Shown here: positions 51,780 to 64,000 of the stretch, in pieces
Layout of the letters: each line of letters begins with the position of its first letter
Position numbering within the stretch: the first letter of the stretch is position 1
Assembly (NCBI GenBank): GCA_964106645.2
Contig: OZ067045.1
DNA: 64,000 bases
Direction: 5' to 3' (one strand)
Origin: Podarcis pityusensis
Lineage: Eukaryota
Translations under genes and position numbers: made by a program
The notes under the pieces: model-generated
Database searches by the model: none
What the model was told of the DNA's origin: nothing
The model's input: the letters and a program-made list of their open reading frames with translations, nothing else

Positions 51780-52394
51780 TCCACACACCAGCACACACAC
51801 TAGCCTATCATTTTATATCCCCTTCTTATAACCCTCAGCAAAGCGCTTCCCTTCACATGCTGGAGTGCCCAGCTGTTTCATGCACCTGACGACACAGAAG
51901 AGTAGGCAGAAAGAGCCATTCGCTGGTCTTTTATGTGAGAAGTGCTATTTGCACAAAGCGGATCTCGGATTGCTTCAGAGCAACATGAATAATGGAAGGC
52001 CTCTGGTATTCTCAGTTCAGTTACTCAGATAAATAATACAGCCATCAAAGTGGATAACATATAATAACCAAGGAAATGAGCAATATGAAGAAGGGAGGAA
52101 GAAGGCAAATCATTTGGGAAGGGGGCAGCTGAAGGGTGGGGGAAGGTAGAGTGGGAAAAGAAACCAAGTGCTTCATGGTCTCTGCTCAGAGACTGAAATT
52201 TTCGAAAGGTACTTATTGTAATAATGGCTAAAGCCAACCCAGGGCGGGTTACATGAAATATTTAACCATCATCATCCAGAGGCAACCAGCACACCTCCTA
52301 TTCCGTAAACCAGACAGGCATCTGAAGCTGGATTCCTGCAGTGAACTCTGTGTGGGGCTTTCCTTGCACTTGCTCCAGAAACTGTGGCACAAAT

Positions 52395-52740
52395 CCTAGA
52401 ATCCTAGAGTTGCAAGGGACCCCAAGGGTCATCTAGTCCAACCCCCTGCGAGGCAGGAATCTCAGCTAAAGCATCCTTGGCAGATGGCATCCAACCTCTG
52501 CTTAGAAACCTCAAAGGAAGGAGAGTCCACCACTTCCCAAGAGAGCCTGTTCCACTGTAGAAGGACTCTTACTGTCAGAAAGCTTTATTCCGTATGTTTA
52601 GTCAAAATCTCCTTTCTTGTCACTTGAAGCCATGGGTTCGAGTCCTACCCTCCAGAGCAGGAGAAAACAATTTTGTTCCCTCTTCCATGTGACAGCCCTT
52701 AAGATATTTGAACCGACAGTTCTGAAACCCTCTCAATGTA
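52395..52740 (-). mobile_element. CR1 LINE 3' fragment
   Basis: tagaatcctagagttg..ggtcatctagtccaacccc..gcctgttccactg; a + strand relative lies at about 55560-56010. Confidence 0.75.
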
Positions 52741-52743
52741 TTA

Positions 52744-52997
52744 CAGTGGACGCTCGGGTTGCGAATGTGATCCGTGCGGGAGGCACGTTCGCAACCCACA
52801 GCATTTGCAACCCACAGCGCCGCATCTGTGCATGTGTGAGTCGGTCCTTCTGTGCATGCGCAAAGCGCAATTTAGTGCTTATGCGCATGCGCCAGAGCCG
52901 AAACTCCGAAGTAACCTGTTCTGGTACTTCCGGGTTTGGTGCTGTGCACAACCTGAAAACACGCAACATGAAGTGTCTGTAACACGAGGTACGACTG
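52744..52997. mobile_element. Tc1/mariner-type MITE family 2
   Basis: TA|CAGTGGACGCTCG...CGAGGTACGACTG|TA. Confidence 0.8.
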
Positions 52998-55900
52998 TAC
53001 AGTGTGTTGCTTGAAGATTTGTGTGGGATTCCCAGAGTTCCCTATGAAGAGGGATTGGCAGTTCTACCACTCTGGCAACTGTAGCTCTGAGAGGAGAATG
53101 AGGGTCTCCTAACAACTCTCCGCATCCTTAACAAACTACACCTCCCAAGAGCCTTTGGGGGAAGCCATGATTGCTTGTACTGATATCATAGCATTTTACA
53201 TATAGGGTGCCAATGTGGGCCAGGTCTCCTGCAACAGGTTGGGCCCCTTTCAGAGCAAAGTCTCCACTCATCCAGGACAGGGCTCCCTTCTCAAAGGAAG
53301 CTGCAGACCATTTTAAGGCTCAGTCTGGAGGTGTGTGCGTTGAGGATTAAAATCGAAGCACCTCATTGTTTGGTTTCAGCAAATACTGAACCCAAGATTC
53401 TGGGGAAGAATTGCATTTTCTCATAGCTTGGGTAGATGAGTGGGACGGGAATTTCCATGTGTGAGAGGGAGAGCCATGAACAGAAAAGGGAGTGCGCCAA
53501 ACCCTCTCCTTCCTCCGTCCTCACTAAGCTTCTGGCCTGATTCAGAGCTCCAGTGTTTGACAGCTGTGAACGACCCATTGGCAAAAGACACCTGAGAGGC
53601 TGGTCTGCTTCAAAGGGAAGGTAATCTGGACTACTTGTCAATGCATTCCATTGTCTCCCCAGTGACCTTCTTGCCTGGGAGGACAGGGCCTTGCTGTCCG
53701 GAGCATATGATATCAGCGATCTGGTTACACTGCACCGGAGAAGCCCAGTCACTGAAACCAGAGGAAAATACCCTCCTGGAGAGACTGCGATGGTCTCGGG
53801 GACTTGGCAGAAGCTGCTCTGGATTTCTGTCGCTATAGCAACCGCTTCCACAGGCCAGTGCTTGGCGCTTCTGCTGGGAACTTGGAACGCGATGCAGAGG
53901 AGCTTTGTTGATTTACTTGCACAAACCACTGAAGTCTTGTGGGAATGCCTGGGGTGTTACCTGTGGCAACTGGGGAGGGGAGGGAAAGATGCCCCAAAGA
54001 CAGGAAGGGTATTACTGGGGTGGGAGCCAATACTGTCTCACACTGACTGGCAGCGGCTCTCGAGGGTTTTGGATGGCAAGTGTTTCCCATTGCACCCTTG
54101 AGATTCTGGGGACTGAACCTGAGACTTTTTACATGTAACACATGTGCTTTATCACTAAACGATGTTTCTTCCCCAGACATTAAATTACGATTCTAGTCCT
54201 CATGGTTCAGAACAAAGAGTCGATTTAAATAAGAAGCTGCCTTATGCTGAGCCAGGTCATTGGTCCAGCAGAGATGCTGGAGACAAAATCTGAGACCTTC
54301 TACGTGCAAGGCATGTGCCCTACCATTGAGCACATGTGCTCTACCAGTGGGGTGTCAGCAAGGGCCATTGTGACATCCAAGCAGCCTGAGCCCTCCTTCC
54401 TTCACAACCCTGGCTCCAGCAGATGTCTGCAAACAGCAAGAGAGGGATTCCATTGGCTCTCTGTTGGGGAGAGCATTCTGCAGTTTGGTGTCATGAGACT
54501 GAGAAGGATGCCATACCCTCCAACATCTCTCTGGCAAAAATTGGGACATGTGTTAGCTGGCTCTCATGAGAGCGTGGCACCACTGCAAGTGTTGGCTCCC
54601 TGAGCTCAGTGGCAGCAATCCTGGAGGGGGGAAATGGGACACTCTGAGAACAAATCAGAAGCTGCGGTGGCTTCTGTAATTCTGGGATGTCCCAGGAAAA
54701 TTGGGACCCTTGAAGGGTATGGGATTCATCTCTTGTAGTTGCCTGTGCGATTCCACGGGGAATGGACAGGAGACTCTCTGACCTTGATCTTAAGGAAGAA
54801 GGGAGTAACAGAGAAGGTGGACCTGTAGTTGGGTGGGAGGGTGGGAGCTGTGGCTCTCCCAAAGCTGTTGGACTCCAACTCCCCTCACCCCTATCCGTTG
54901 CTGGATGCTGGGGTGAGGATGATGGGCACCAGAGTCTTACAGCATTTGGAGGGCTGCAGCCTACCCCACCCCTGGAACAGAGGAAAGTGTGCAAAGTTAT
55001 TTTCCTCAATTCTGTTTTCTCTCCTGAGTTCTCACGGCGCAGAGGGAGATGCTGCCGTTGCCACAGTAACCTGAAAGTGCATTTGAGCTAGAGAACTTAA
55101 CCCAAGTTATTTCTGTGCTGAGTTTTTTGGGAGATGTACAGAAAACTTTGGCTCTCTTCCTTAGGTCGTTAGGCAAGCGGAATCCAAAATCCATTCTGCC
55201 CATCTTGCTCGCCCACCCCACCGACTCCTCTATTGCGAGGGAGCACTGTCAGATCTGAATTAATAACACCCCTTCTCCCCCTTTGCGCCTCCCAATCCAT
55301 TTTGTATTTCTAATGCGGTAAGGCAATAAAAACATGAGAAGAGACCTGCTGGATCGGACAAAGGTTGCTTGGAGCCTGATCATCTGCCCCACAGGGACCA
55401 AACAGATGTCTTGTGAAGCCCATAAGCTGGACACAAGGACAAATGCCCCTCACCCCGTTGCTTGCCCCTAGCAACGAGTGTTCCTTTCCAATCTGCCTCA
55501 AAACATAACTCTCCTAACGGTGAACTCAAGTGCTCAGTGGCAACAGGATTGTAGCCAAAACAGGGCCACTGAGAACAAGATTTAGCATGTTTTTGGGTGG
55601 AGGAAACTCTGTTCCAGAGGGCAGAACCTGAACCAATGGATTCAAATTGCAAGAAAGGAGATAGCTCAGTCGGTAAGAGCATGAGACTCTTGATCTCAGG
55701 GTTCAGGTCCCACGCTGGGTGAAAGATTCCTGCATTGCAAGGGGTTGCAATAGATGACCCTCCTGGTCCCTCCCAACTCTGCAATTCTATGATTCTTTGA
55801 TTAGGGAGAACTTTCTAATGTAAGAGCTGTTCAACAGTGGAACAGTGGAACAGACTCCACCAGAAGGTGGTGGACTCTCCTTCACTGAAAGTTTTTAAAC

Positions 55901-56183
55901 AGAGGTTGGATGGCCATCCGTCAGAGATTCTTTAGCTTTGATCCCTATATTACAAGGGGGTTGGACTCGATAACCCTTGCGGTCCCAACTCTATAATTCT
56001 ATGGTTCTGTGATTTGCTCTATAGCGCCAACCAACTTAGTCGCCACATTGTGGTGCACTGAATGAATTTCTTCATAGGCAGCTATATATCTCCCCTGAAC
56101 AGGCAGGTTTCATCCCAGCAGGTACACTGGTGACTCCATCAGGTTCAAGTGGCTTGGGTAGTTGAGGAAGTCAAGATTACAGG

Positions 56184-56522
56184 CAGTGGCGGAGCAAGCC
56201 GATCAGGCGCCTGGGGTGGCACACATGCCCTGCACAGAGGGGCAGGGCCAGCTGGGGCAGGACGCTCCGCAGGGCCTCTGAGGAGTCTGCTTGCCTCCTT
56301 GCACTCAGCCTCCTTGCACTACAGCAGAAGGGATGGAAGCGGTCGGACCATTTGGGGCAACACGGAGCCTGCAGGCACCCAAGCCACTGCATCACTCCCA
56401 GGAGAGATGTGTGGCTTGGGCATGCTGCAGGCCCCGCTGTGAGTGCCGCCTGGCATTTTGTCACCCCCCTCAGTGGTGACACCCGGTGCGGACCGCCCCA
56501 CCGCCCCCTTCCGCCTCCCCTG
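56184..56522. mobile_element. GC-rich hAT-type non-autonomous element
   Basis: Ends cagtggcggag / ccgcctcccctg; 8-bp TSD [A/G]TTACAGG at 56176-56183 and 56523-56530. Confidence 0.7.
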
Positions 56523-59500
56523 GTTACAGGTAACTTACCAGCACTCCTCTCTCTTGATGCTTCAAAGTGTTTCATTGCATAGAATTGGGTTTTATTAACA
56601 AGGTGGCAGTGATTATCTTCTGTGGGCTCCCCCCCCCCAGCATACATATAGGCAGGGACACCAAGCACGACACCCCCCTTGCCTCTCCTGTTTGCATTTG
56701 TTGTTGAGGTTTTGGCCAATAAGTTCAGATCAAATTGTGCTAGGTAGTGTCAAAGGGTTTCCCATATTGTAATGTGGCCCTCGGACTGAAAAGGTCGTCC
56801 CCCCCCCCCCGAATGAAAGGGTTGAATTACATGGCCTTGGGTGTACCCCCTCAGTGCTGTAGTTCTTATTCTGGTGCTGCTGAAGCCATTTCTCCTGTTC
56901 CTCCCTCTCTCCAGATCGCTGAGATTGGCTCCAGCATAGAAACATTGGCATGCGTGCTACCCAGCGCCCAAGAGATGCCACTGAAAAATCCAGCAGCTTG
57001 AAATAACCCACATGGGGGGGGGGAAGAGGTCAGTGTGCTCTGTTGTAAGAGGGCGGAAGCCTCAGCTCTTCTGGGGGCCTTGCACATGTTCCCTCTAAGA
57101 ATTGAGGCAAAATAAAGTGAAATGTTCCGCCTGGAACAAAGATAAACAGGTTAATTATTCACAACTCCCCTTTCCAAGCTGTCTTCTCCCACAAATGTAG
57201 CATAATCTTGAAATATATAAATATTCATCATCATCATCTTTTTTCCCTTTTTTTTGCTCAAGTAGAGCTTGCTAAACTAGGTCAGCTTTTTACTGTGAAA
57301 TGGTTTATTTATGATACAGGGAAGGAGAGGGAGAGCAGCTTTGTTTGGAAAGAATTTTTCTAAAGGAAAGCAAACCACATTGTCTCCGTGTGTAGAATAG
57401 CATGGAGATTCTTAGGATTGCCCACTTGTATTTGACTGGTAGGTCAAATGCAACTTAGATTGCTTGTTCTTACCCAATTGCCATTGCATATTCAATCTTG
57501 GGGGGAAATAGTCCAGAGCTACAAACTGTTTTTCACATCTATTTCATGGTTGCCCAGACAGCACTTTTTCGGGTTGGGAACCAAAGTTTCGTTTTGTTTT
57601 TAGTTATTATTTCATTTCATAATGTATATAAAAACAGAGAAAATAATTCCACCAACTGACAAATAATTAGAGATGAAAAGCAAAATTATAAAATAGGCAT
57701 GCAGAATGAGTTAAAATAATAGCATCTAAGTTAAAGACGATCAGCTTTACCAGATCAACAAATACAGTTCCAGGCTTGCTTCATGTACATTCTCACACTT
57801 CACAACAACCTTGTAAGGTCGATTAGTGTTGTTTTATGCCTGTGTTGGAAAGCGAAAGCAGAGGGTGAGAATGTAAGATGATCTGATGGATCAGATCAGT
57901 GATGGCTTCCCCATCATCACAAGACTCCTCTAGTCCACGATTCAGCTTCCTAAAGCCCTAAAAACTGGACACTTTCTGAAAGCCCTTCTTGCTGTTTATC
58001 CCTAAGCTCACCCAGTGAGCTTCAGTGGCTGAGTGGGGATTTGAACCCTGGTCTCCCAGGTCTTATGCAGCCCCTTCCTCCCAAAAATCTCTATTGCCCT
58101 CCAGATGTTTTGCACTACAATTCCCGTGGAAATTGTAGTGCAAAACACCTGGAAGGCACCAGGTTGGAGAAGGCTGCTCTACGCTGACAGAATCTAAGAC
58201 AGGGATCTTTCCCAACCCCAGCAGAAGATGCTAGGAATATAGAACCTAGGACACTCTGACTGCAAAGAGCCTACTCTGACACTGAGCTATGGCCCTTCAT
58301 ATCCCACATTTAAGAAATTAGGTAGAAGTTGGGACATAAGCAAGCTCCTCCTCCCTGTTTGCACATAGGACAGGAAAGGGAAATTAATTTTTTGCCCCGG
58401 CCAGTAAAATGGCTTGACCTGGCCCTGTCTGCATTTCCTCCATTATTCTTTAGCATCCTTAACTCCCAGAATAGAACAGTGAAAAACTTTCCAGTTCCAG
58501 AAGCATTAGATGTAAGTCATGGGAATGTTACGCAAGGTTTGATGGTGCCTTGTAAACAGTCATTAAAGTGATTGAAAAGCCTGGGCGGATGTCTATGGAA
58601 AGTTAAAAAAAGATAACAGATGAATTCTAATAATGATGACAATAATTGCAGTGTGGAAGACCTTCCATAAATTTTAGAAGCATTGCAGTAGGGGAATGGC
58701 ATACCGCAGAACGATTGCGCGTTAAAAGGACCATCAAAGACATATGGAGGAATTAGGGGTGGCGAAGCGGTGACCTTTCAGATGTTGTTGGACTGTAGCT
58801 CACGCCAGCCCAAATAACATGGCCAAAAGTCCAGAAGCATATGGAGGGCTACAGATTAGTCACTCTTGTCTCAAAGACTTAGGAAAAGGCTGTACTGCAC
58901 ATAAATAATACAGGCTGCATGCAATAAAGTTGCCCCATTTGTGCACAGAGTTCTGTTTGTGCCATGGGACTTCCTCTCCCTCTCCTCTCCCTGTTTGTGC
59001 CCCCCACAGATCTGCTCTGGACGGCTGGCGAAAAAGCCCAGAACAGATTTGGGGGCATACAGGAGGAAGGGAAGTTCTGTTGCACCAGTGGAAGTCTATC
59101 ATTGGGCATGCTGCACTTGCTGCAGTTTCTGAATCAACTGCAAGGAAAGCCCCACGTAGAGTGACTTGCAGTAATCCAGCCTTGAAGTTACCAATGCCCT
59201 TCTTTTTAAAAAAAGAAGCTCATAATCAGGGGGTTTGGAGGCTATGACTGGCCTTCATCTTTCCATGTCTATCCTTTCACAACCAGGTTCCCCCCACCCC
59301 CCCACCCCAAATTCCAAATGATTGGTCTGAGAGCGATTAGTTCTGGGCCCTTCACCAATGCAGTCCTCCAAAGAAGATAAGGCAGTTGTCAAAAAGAGGA
59401 AGAAACAGCTTCTATTTATGCATAAATATCTTGATCAACGATGAGAGCAGCAGCAGAAATATGTGACTGTTAAGAGGATTTTGGGGAAAACATTCTGGAA

Positions 59501-61206
59501 CACGCCACATTGCACCAGCAAAGTGGCTATCCCTGGGCAGAAAAAGACCCCATGGAGAAGGAAAGACCTCCAGAAGGCATTGAAAATTGGGGAGAAGAAC
59601 AGGGATAGTTAGAGCAGGCAGGGTTCCCTTGTTATGAAGGCTGTCTTCCTGGAGACAGGCAGAGAAAACTGGCAGGGATCACAGAAATGAACTGAAAATT
59701 TCTCAAAGGGTGCTATACACAATGGCATTGTGTGGAGGGACTCGGGGGGTAGTTGCCCCGGGTACAAAACTGTTAATGCAAAATGTCAACACCCGGTGCT
59801 GCCAGAATACAGCCACACACTTCTTTTGCTGGACTTTGTTGAAAACGGCTTCTCCATGCAAACCAGGAAGCGGCCTCTCCAGACAATGGAACAACTCTTC
59901 TTTTCTTATATCTGCGGCTGCAATCCCCATGGCGATGCAGACACAATTAGACAGCTGAATGTGCGTGCATACCCCATCCATTGCCCTAGCTCCCACCCAC
60001 CTCCTCCGCGCAGCCCCGGGTGTTGGCAACCAATGGTACGCCACTGGTTATACACGGAAAAGAAAGGGTCATAACTTAGTAGGAAAGCACCTGTTTTGCA
60101 TGCCAAAGGTCTCCTGCTCAACCCCGGCATCTCCAAGATGGACTGAGAAAGGCTGCCAGTCAGTGCAGACCACACTAAAAGGATCATTGGTCTGGCTCAA
60201 TGTATGGCAGCTTCCAATGGTTCCTTTCAGAGAGAGTAATACCTCTGAATGCCAGCTGCTGGGAATTGCAGGAGGGGCGAGTGCTCTTGTGCTTGAGTCC
60301 TGCTTGAGGGTTTCCCACAGGCGTTTGGTTGGCCACTGTGAGAAGAGGATGATGGAGTAGATGAGCCAGTGTCCTGATCCAGCAGGGCTCTCCTTTTGCT
60401 CTTAGGTACTCCAGGAGGCTTGACAGAAGTGGCAAATCCTGCTGGCTTGGACATTTCCCCTTCTGGTCCCTGCATTCAGTGAACACATTTATGAAGAGTG
60501 TGAAACATTCCTCCTAATAACTTGGGAGTTCTCCAAAGGAATCAGCCTTATTTACACTCCTGTGGTCACACACGTTCCCTCGGTATCCATTTTCCTCAAA
60601 TCTCGCTCTGTGTGCAGCTGGGCGGCATTAATTTCCACTTTGTTTCAAATGTCGGCTGAATGACTCTCTCCATAATGACACCAATTCATTTTCTTTCCCT
60701 CAAGTGGCTCTGTAGGAAATTGTTTGTAGTTGATGTCAAGCGGCTGTGGGGTTTCCCTTGTGTTGAAAATCCAGGTCATTTCAGGAAATCTCCCAGGTTT
60801 CCTTTTCAAGTTGGGCACACAGGCATTAATAAGTTTTGCATTTTATACTGAAAGTGTAAAGACAAATTGGATGCGTGCATTCGTGCCCTGGGAGGAGAAT
60901 GTCACCTTTACTTTCTTTTCTCCATTTCCTTTCCAAACAATTTAATATTACAGCTGAGCTGAAAGTTCATAAGAATGACTTGCGGCTCAGTGTTTGATGG
61001 GCTGGGAGTGGGGTTGGGGAGAGCCGTGGAGGCTGATCTTTTAGGGCAAATGGGCCATTCTCCCACCTTACCAGTCCCAAAGGAGCTCCTAGCCACCACC
61101 ACAAATGGGACCTGAACACCTGAATGCCCAACATTTCCTGCTTTCATCAGTTTTGGTGGGTACCCTGATGACCAGCGGCTGGTGGAGGCTATTCCCACTT
61201 TCTCTC

Positions 61207-61541
61207 TGAAATGTAGGTGGGTTCCCACAATGCAAGACACAGTGATAACAGCAAGAACCTTTATTGAACTAACAGAACTGGATAACAGGGGCAAAGCAAC
61301 TGCTTATATAGTACATTTCTGAAGGCCTGGGCCACTCCCACTCCCAACATGATTGGCTGTCTAAACTTCCAAGCTGCGAATGACTTCAAGGGCCAATGGC
61401 TGAGTTCAAGGGCCAATGGCTGAGGCCCAAATCCTGAAATGTTCTGTGATTGGATATAATGTATCGAATCAGAACACAGGAGCGTAGAATCCTTAGTCCA
61501 GACTCAAGCTCATGCAAACACAGACCACTGAATACATAACA
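61207..61541 (-). mobile_element. Solo LTR (Gypsy-like), 335 bp
   Basis: TG...CA termini and 5-bp TSD CTCTC at 61202-61206 and 61542-61546. On the - strand: TGTTATGT start, CCAAT boxes, TATATAAG, then AATAAA. Confidence 0.85.
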
Positions 61542-62567
61542 CTCTCCATGCCCAAACCATTTCCCAACAAGTTGCATAGGGATGAAAGTATCCTTATCAG
61601 AAGGATTAGACAAATTCATGGAGGATAAAGCTATCAATGGCTACTAGTCATAATTGCTATGTTCCACCTCCACCGTTGGAGGCAACAAGATTCTGAACAG
61701 CAGTTGCTGGGAATCAAAAGTGAAGAGTGCTGTTACACTCAGGTCCTGCTTCCCATAGTCATCTGTTTGGCCACTGTGAGGATAGTGATGCTGGACTAGA
61801 TGGGCTCTTTGCCTGATCCAGCAGCCCACACTCTTCTCACATTCTTAAAGGCTGAAGAAGGCTTATCTCCCCACCACACATCTTGAGCCTGAGATACCTG
61901 AAGGCTTGCCAGTCATAATTTCCACTTGCCCACTCTTTTTGAACTGTAGAGAGCCATCCCTGAGTCTCCCCTACCATTGGAGGTGCTGTGGGTAACTACC
62001 AAGGAGAAGACCTTTTCGGTGATGGCTCCGTCGCTGAATGCTCTCCTTGCAATTGATGCATTATCAATATCCAACACATAGCCTTTCTAACAGAAACAAC
62101 AATGATCCAGGAAACTAGCTTTTTGAGAGCTGACTCAGGAAGGTGGGGAACTGGTATTCTGTGCAGGCTCCCAGAGCTCATACAAAATAAAGTTCTACCA
62201 TTATCTCAGCTCATAGTGAGTTTCTTCACAAACAGCAGAAGACAGAAGCTTATCTGGTGCTCAGGGCTGGGCAATGACTTGGAGAGAGTCAAGACCCAAA
62301 GGGCAACCAATATCTGAAGACAAATTAGAAGTCAGGCACAAGACAGAACATTAGTCTCTCTTCTGCTTGTGCCTGACTTCTAATTTCAGGCAAACTTTTT
62401 TGCTCAAGCAAAGCACTGCAGGAAGGCCCACTCCTTTTCACCCAGCAGGAGTCCATCACCCATTTGGGTGGAGTCAGTCTGGAAGGTTCTTCCATGTGAA
62501 GTTGTAATGCTACTGCTCCCAACAAGAGGCAGTGGTCAGTATTTCCTGGTAGACACTCATTCTGGTA

Positions 62568-62800
62568 CAGTGGTACCTCAGGTTAAGAACTTAATTCATT
62601 CTGGAGGTCTGTTCTTAACCTGAAACTGTTCTTAACCTGAAGCACCACTTTAGCTAATGGGGCCTCCTGCTGCCGCTGTGCTGCTGCTGCACGATTTCTG
62701 TTCTCATCCTGAAGCAAAGTTCTTAACCTGAGGTATTATTTCTGGGTCTGTAACCTGAAGCGTCTGTAACCTGAAGCATCTGCAACCCGAGGTACCACTG
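62568..62800. mobile_element. Tc1/mariner MITE, copy 3
   Basis: TA|CAGTGGTACCTC...GAGGTACCACTG|TA. Confidence 0.9.
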
Positions 62801-63305
62801 TATCTTCTTTCCTGTGGCATATTCTTTTAACCCGCTGCCCAAGTTATCAGCTTTTTAACTTCTAGTGATCCGTTTTAATTGGATGCCATTTTTGTGAAGT
62901 TGTTGTTGAAGCTTATTTTAGGGTGCTGCATGTGCTTTTAACATTTTAATATAAGCTGGCCTGGTAAGGGTGTTGTAGGAAGGGGGTATGCATGCAAATC
63001 ACAGATGACCAACAATCCATGCGCAATAATAAACCGAGATATTTGGTTTGGGTTTTGCTTGGTTTTTTAAAATGATATTCCTCCATCACTACCATTACAT
63101 GCTCTGCAGCGTTTGGCTTTCCAACAGGGTGAATTTAACTCAAGCAATAATAACTTGCCCTGTTGTCATGACAACTGTGAAAGTTAGGCTCCTGATCAGA
63201 GAGCGGCAGTGTGCATGTCTGTGTGTGAAAGTTTGCCATGTTGCTAATTGCAGATCTGGTGAATATGTTTGGAGGTGTCACAGGATAATAAGTCAGGAAT
63301 GTTAC

Positions 63306-63607
63306 CAGTGCGGGATTTATGTACAAGCTAAACAAGCTATAGCTTAGGGCCCCACTCTCTTGGGGCCCCCCAAAAAATTAAAGAAAAAAACCCCTGGATG
63401 TACATTCCCAAAATATAAGATAAAAAAAAACCTCTACATATAGCAACAGTTTTGTATAGGCTATGATGAGATCCATAAATTACCATAAAGCATATGTTCA
63501 ACACAAAAAACAGTGACAATTTGTTGCTGACAAAGGACAGCTGGACATATAAAGGGCCCCATTACCTTCAGTAGCTTAGGGCCTCATCAGACCTAAATCC
63601 AGCCCTG
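63306..63607 (-). mobile_element. hAT-type non-autonomous transposon, internally deleted relative to the 27633 copy
   Basis: 8-bp TSD AATGTTAC at 63298-63305 and 63608-63615. Confidence 0.85.
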
Positions 63608-64000
63608 AATGTTACTGATGACGATGATCAAGCTGACTGGAATGGGCAGAATGTTGAGTACATTCCCTTTGTACAATGCTTTACTAATAAATGTGTGCAG
63701 CAGACACCACACAGAAGAAACGTACAGTAAAATGAACAACTGCATCAAAATTGCTTTGTGGTTTCTTAGTGTTTTCATGCTGGTGGTGAGGAAAAAATAG
63801 GTATATGTATAAAAGATTCTGTGGATGCTAAGATGCAGGTTTGGGGCAAGTACTATTTGGTGAGAGAACCTCTGCAGAGACTCAAAATCACAAAATATGC
63901 AGCAAAATAAAAAATGGGAATGTAGGTTTTTAGTCCTTTAAAATATGCCCTTGTTCCAAAACAGTCTCCTCTTCTCCCAGTGTAGGAAAAGTTCACATGT

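Noticed and set aside
58930-59100. Long imperfect hairpin (also 20470-20575, 53020-53180, 58070-58176)
   Set aside because: These look like palindromic MITE-type repeats with relatives elsewhere in the window, so they are not called as ncRNA.
41500-64000. Exons of a further gene (VWA5B1 expected by recalled human synteny), including ORFs at 53363-54101 and 59703-60074
   Set aside because: No recognisable protein motif or consistent exon chain found by eye. A small divergent exon cannot be excluded without a spliced alignment.

Overview
Eukaryotic (vertebrate) genomic DNA from a squamate reptile, probably a lacertid lizard (Sauria/Squam-type SINEs, L2/CR1 fragments, hAT and Tc1/mariner MITEs). 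Three intron-containing protein-coding genes were reconstructed by hand. ZBTB40 is on the - strand with 13 coding exons (13290->1136), a BTB domain and about 14 zinc fingers. MUL1 is on the + strand with 4 coding exons (17390-20177, 339 aa) and lies head-to-head with ZBTB40 across a CpG island. CAMK2N1 is on the + strand with 2 coding exons (36254-39883, 79 aa) and a long AU-rich 3'UTR. Positions 41.5-64 kb are repeat-rich non-coding sequence with candidate enhancers. Most entries in the supplied ORF track are spurious. Main observations: (1) CAMK2N1 carries Arg->Cys at the pseudo-phosphoacceptor position of its CaMKII-inhibitory peptide. (2) ZBTB40 appears to have lost two of four internal exon-pair repeat units, with decayed exon relics visible in the introns, and the remaining units look CARD/death-fold-like. 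(3) A 1-nt frameshift in the last ZBTB40 exon removes the conserved C-terminus. (4) There are candidate CTCF, RE1 and RFX sites and a double-hairpin element. Comparisons with human proteins are from memory and need confirmation by alignment.
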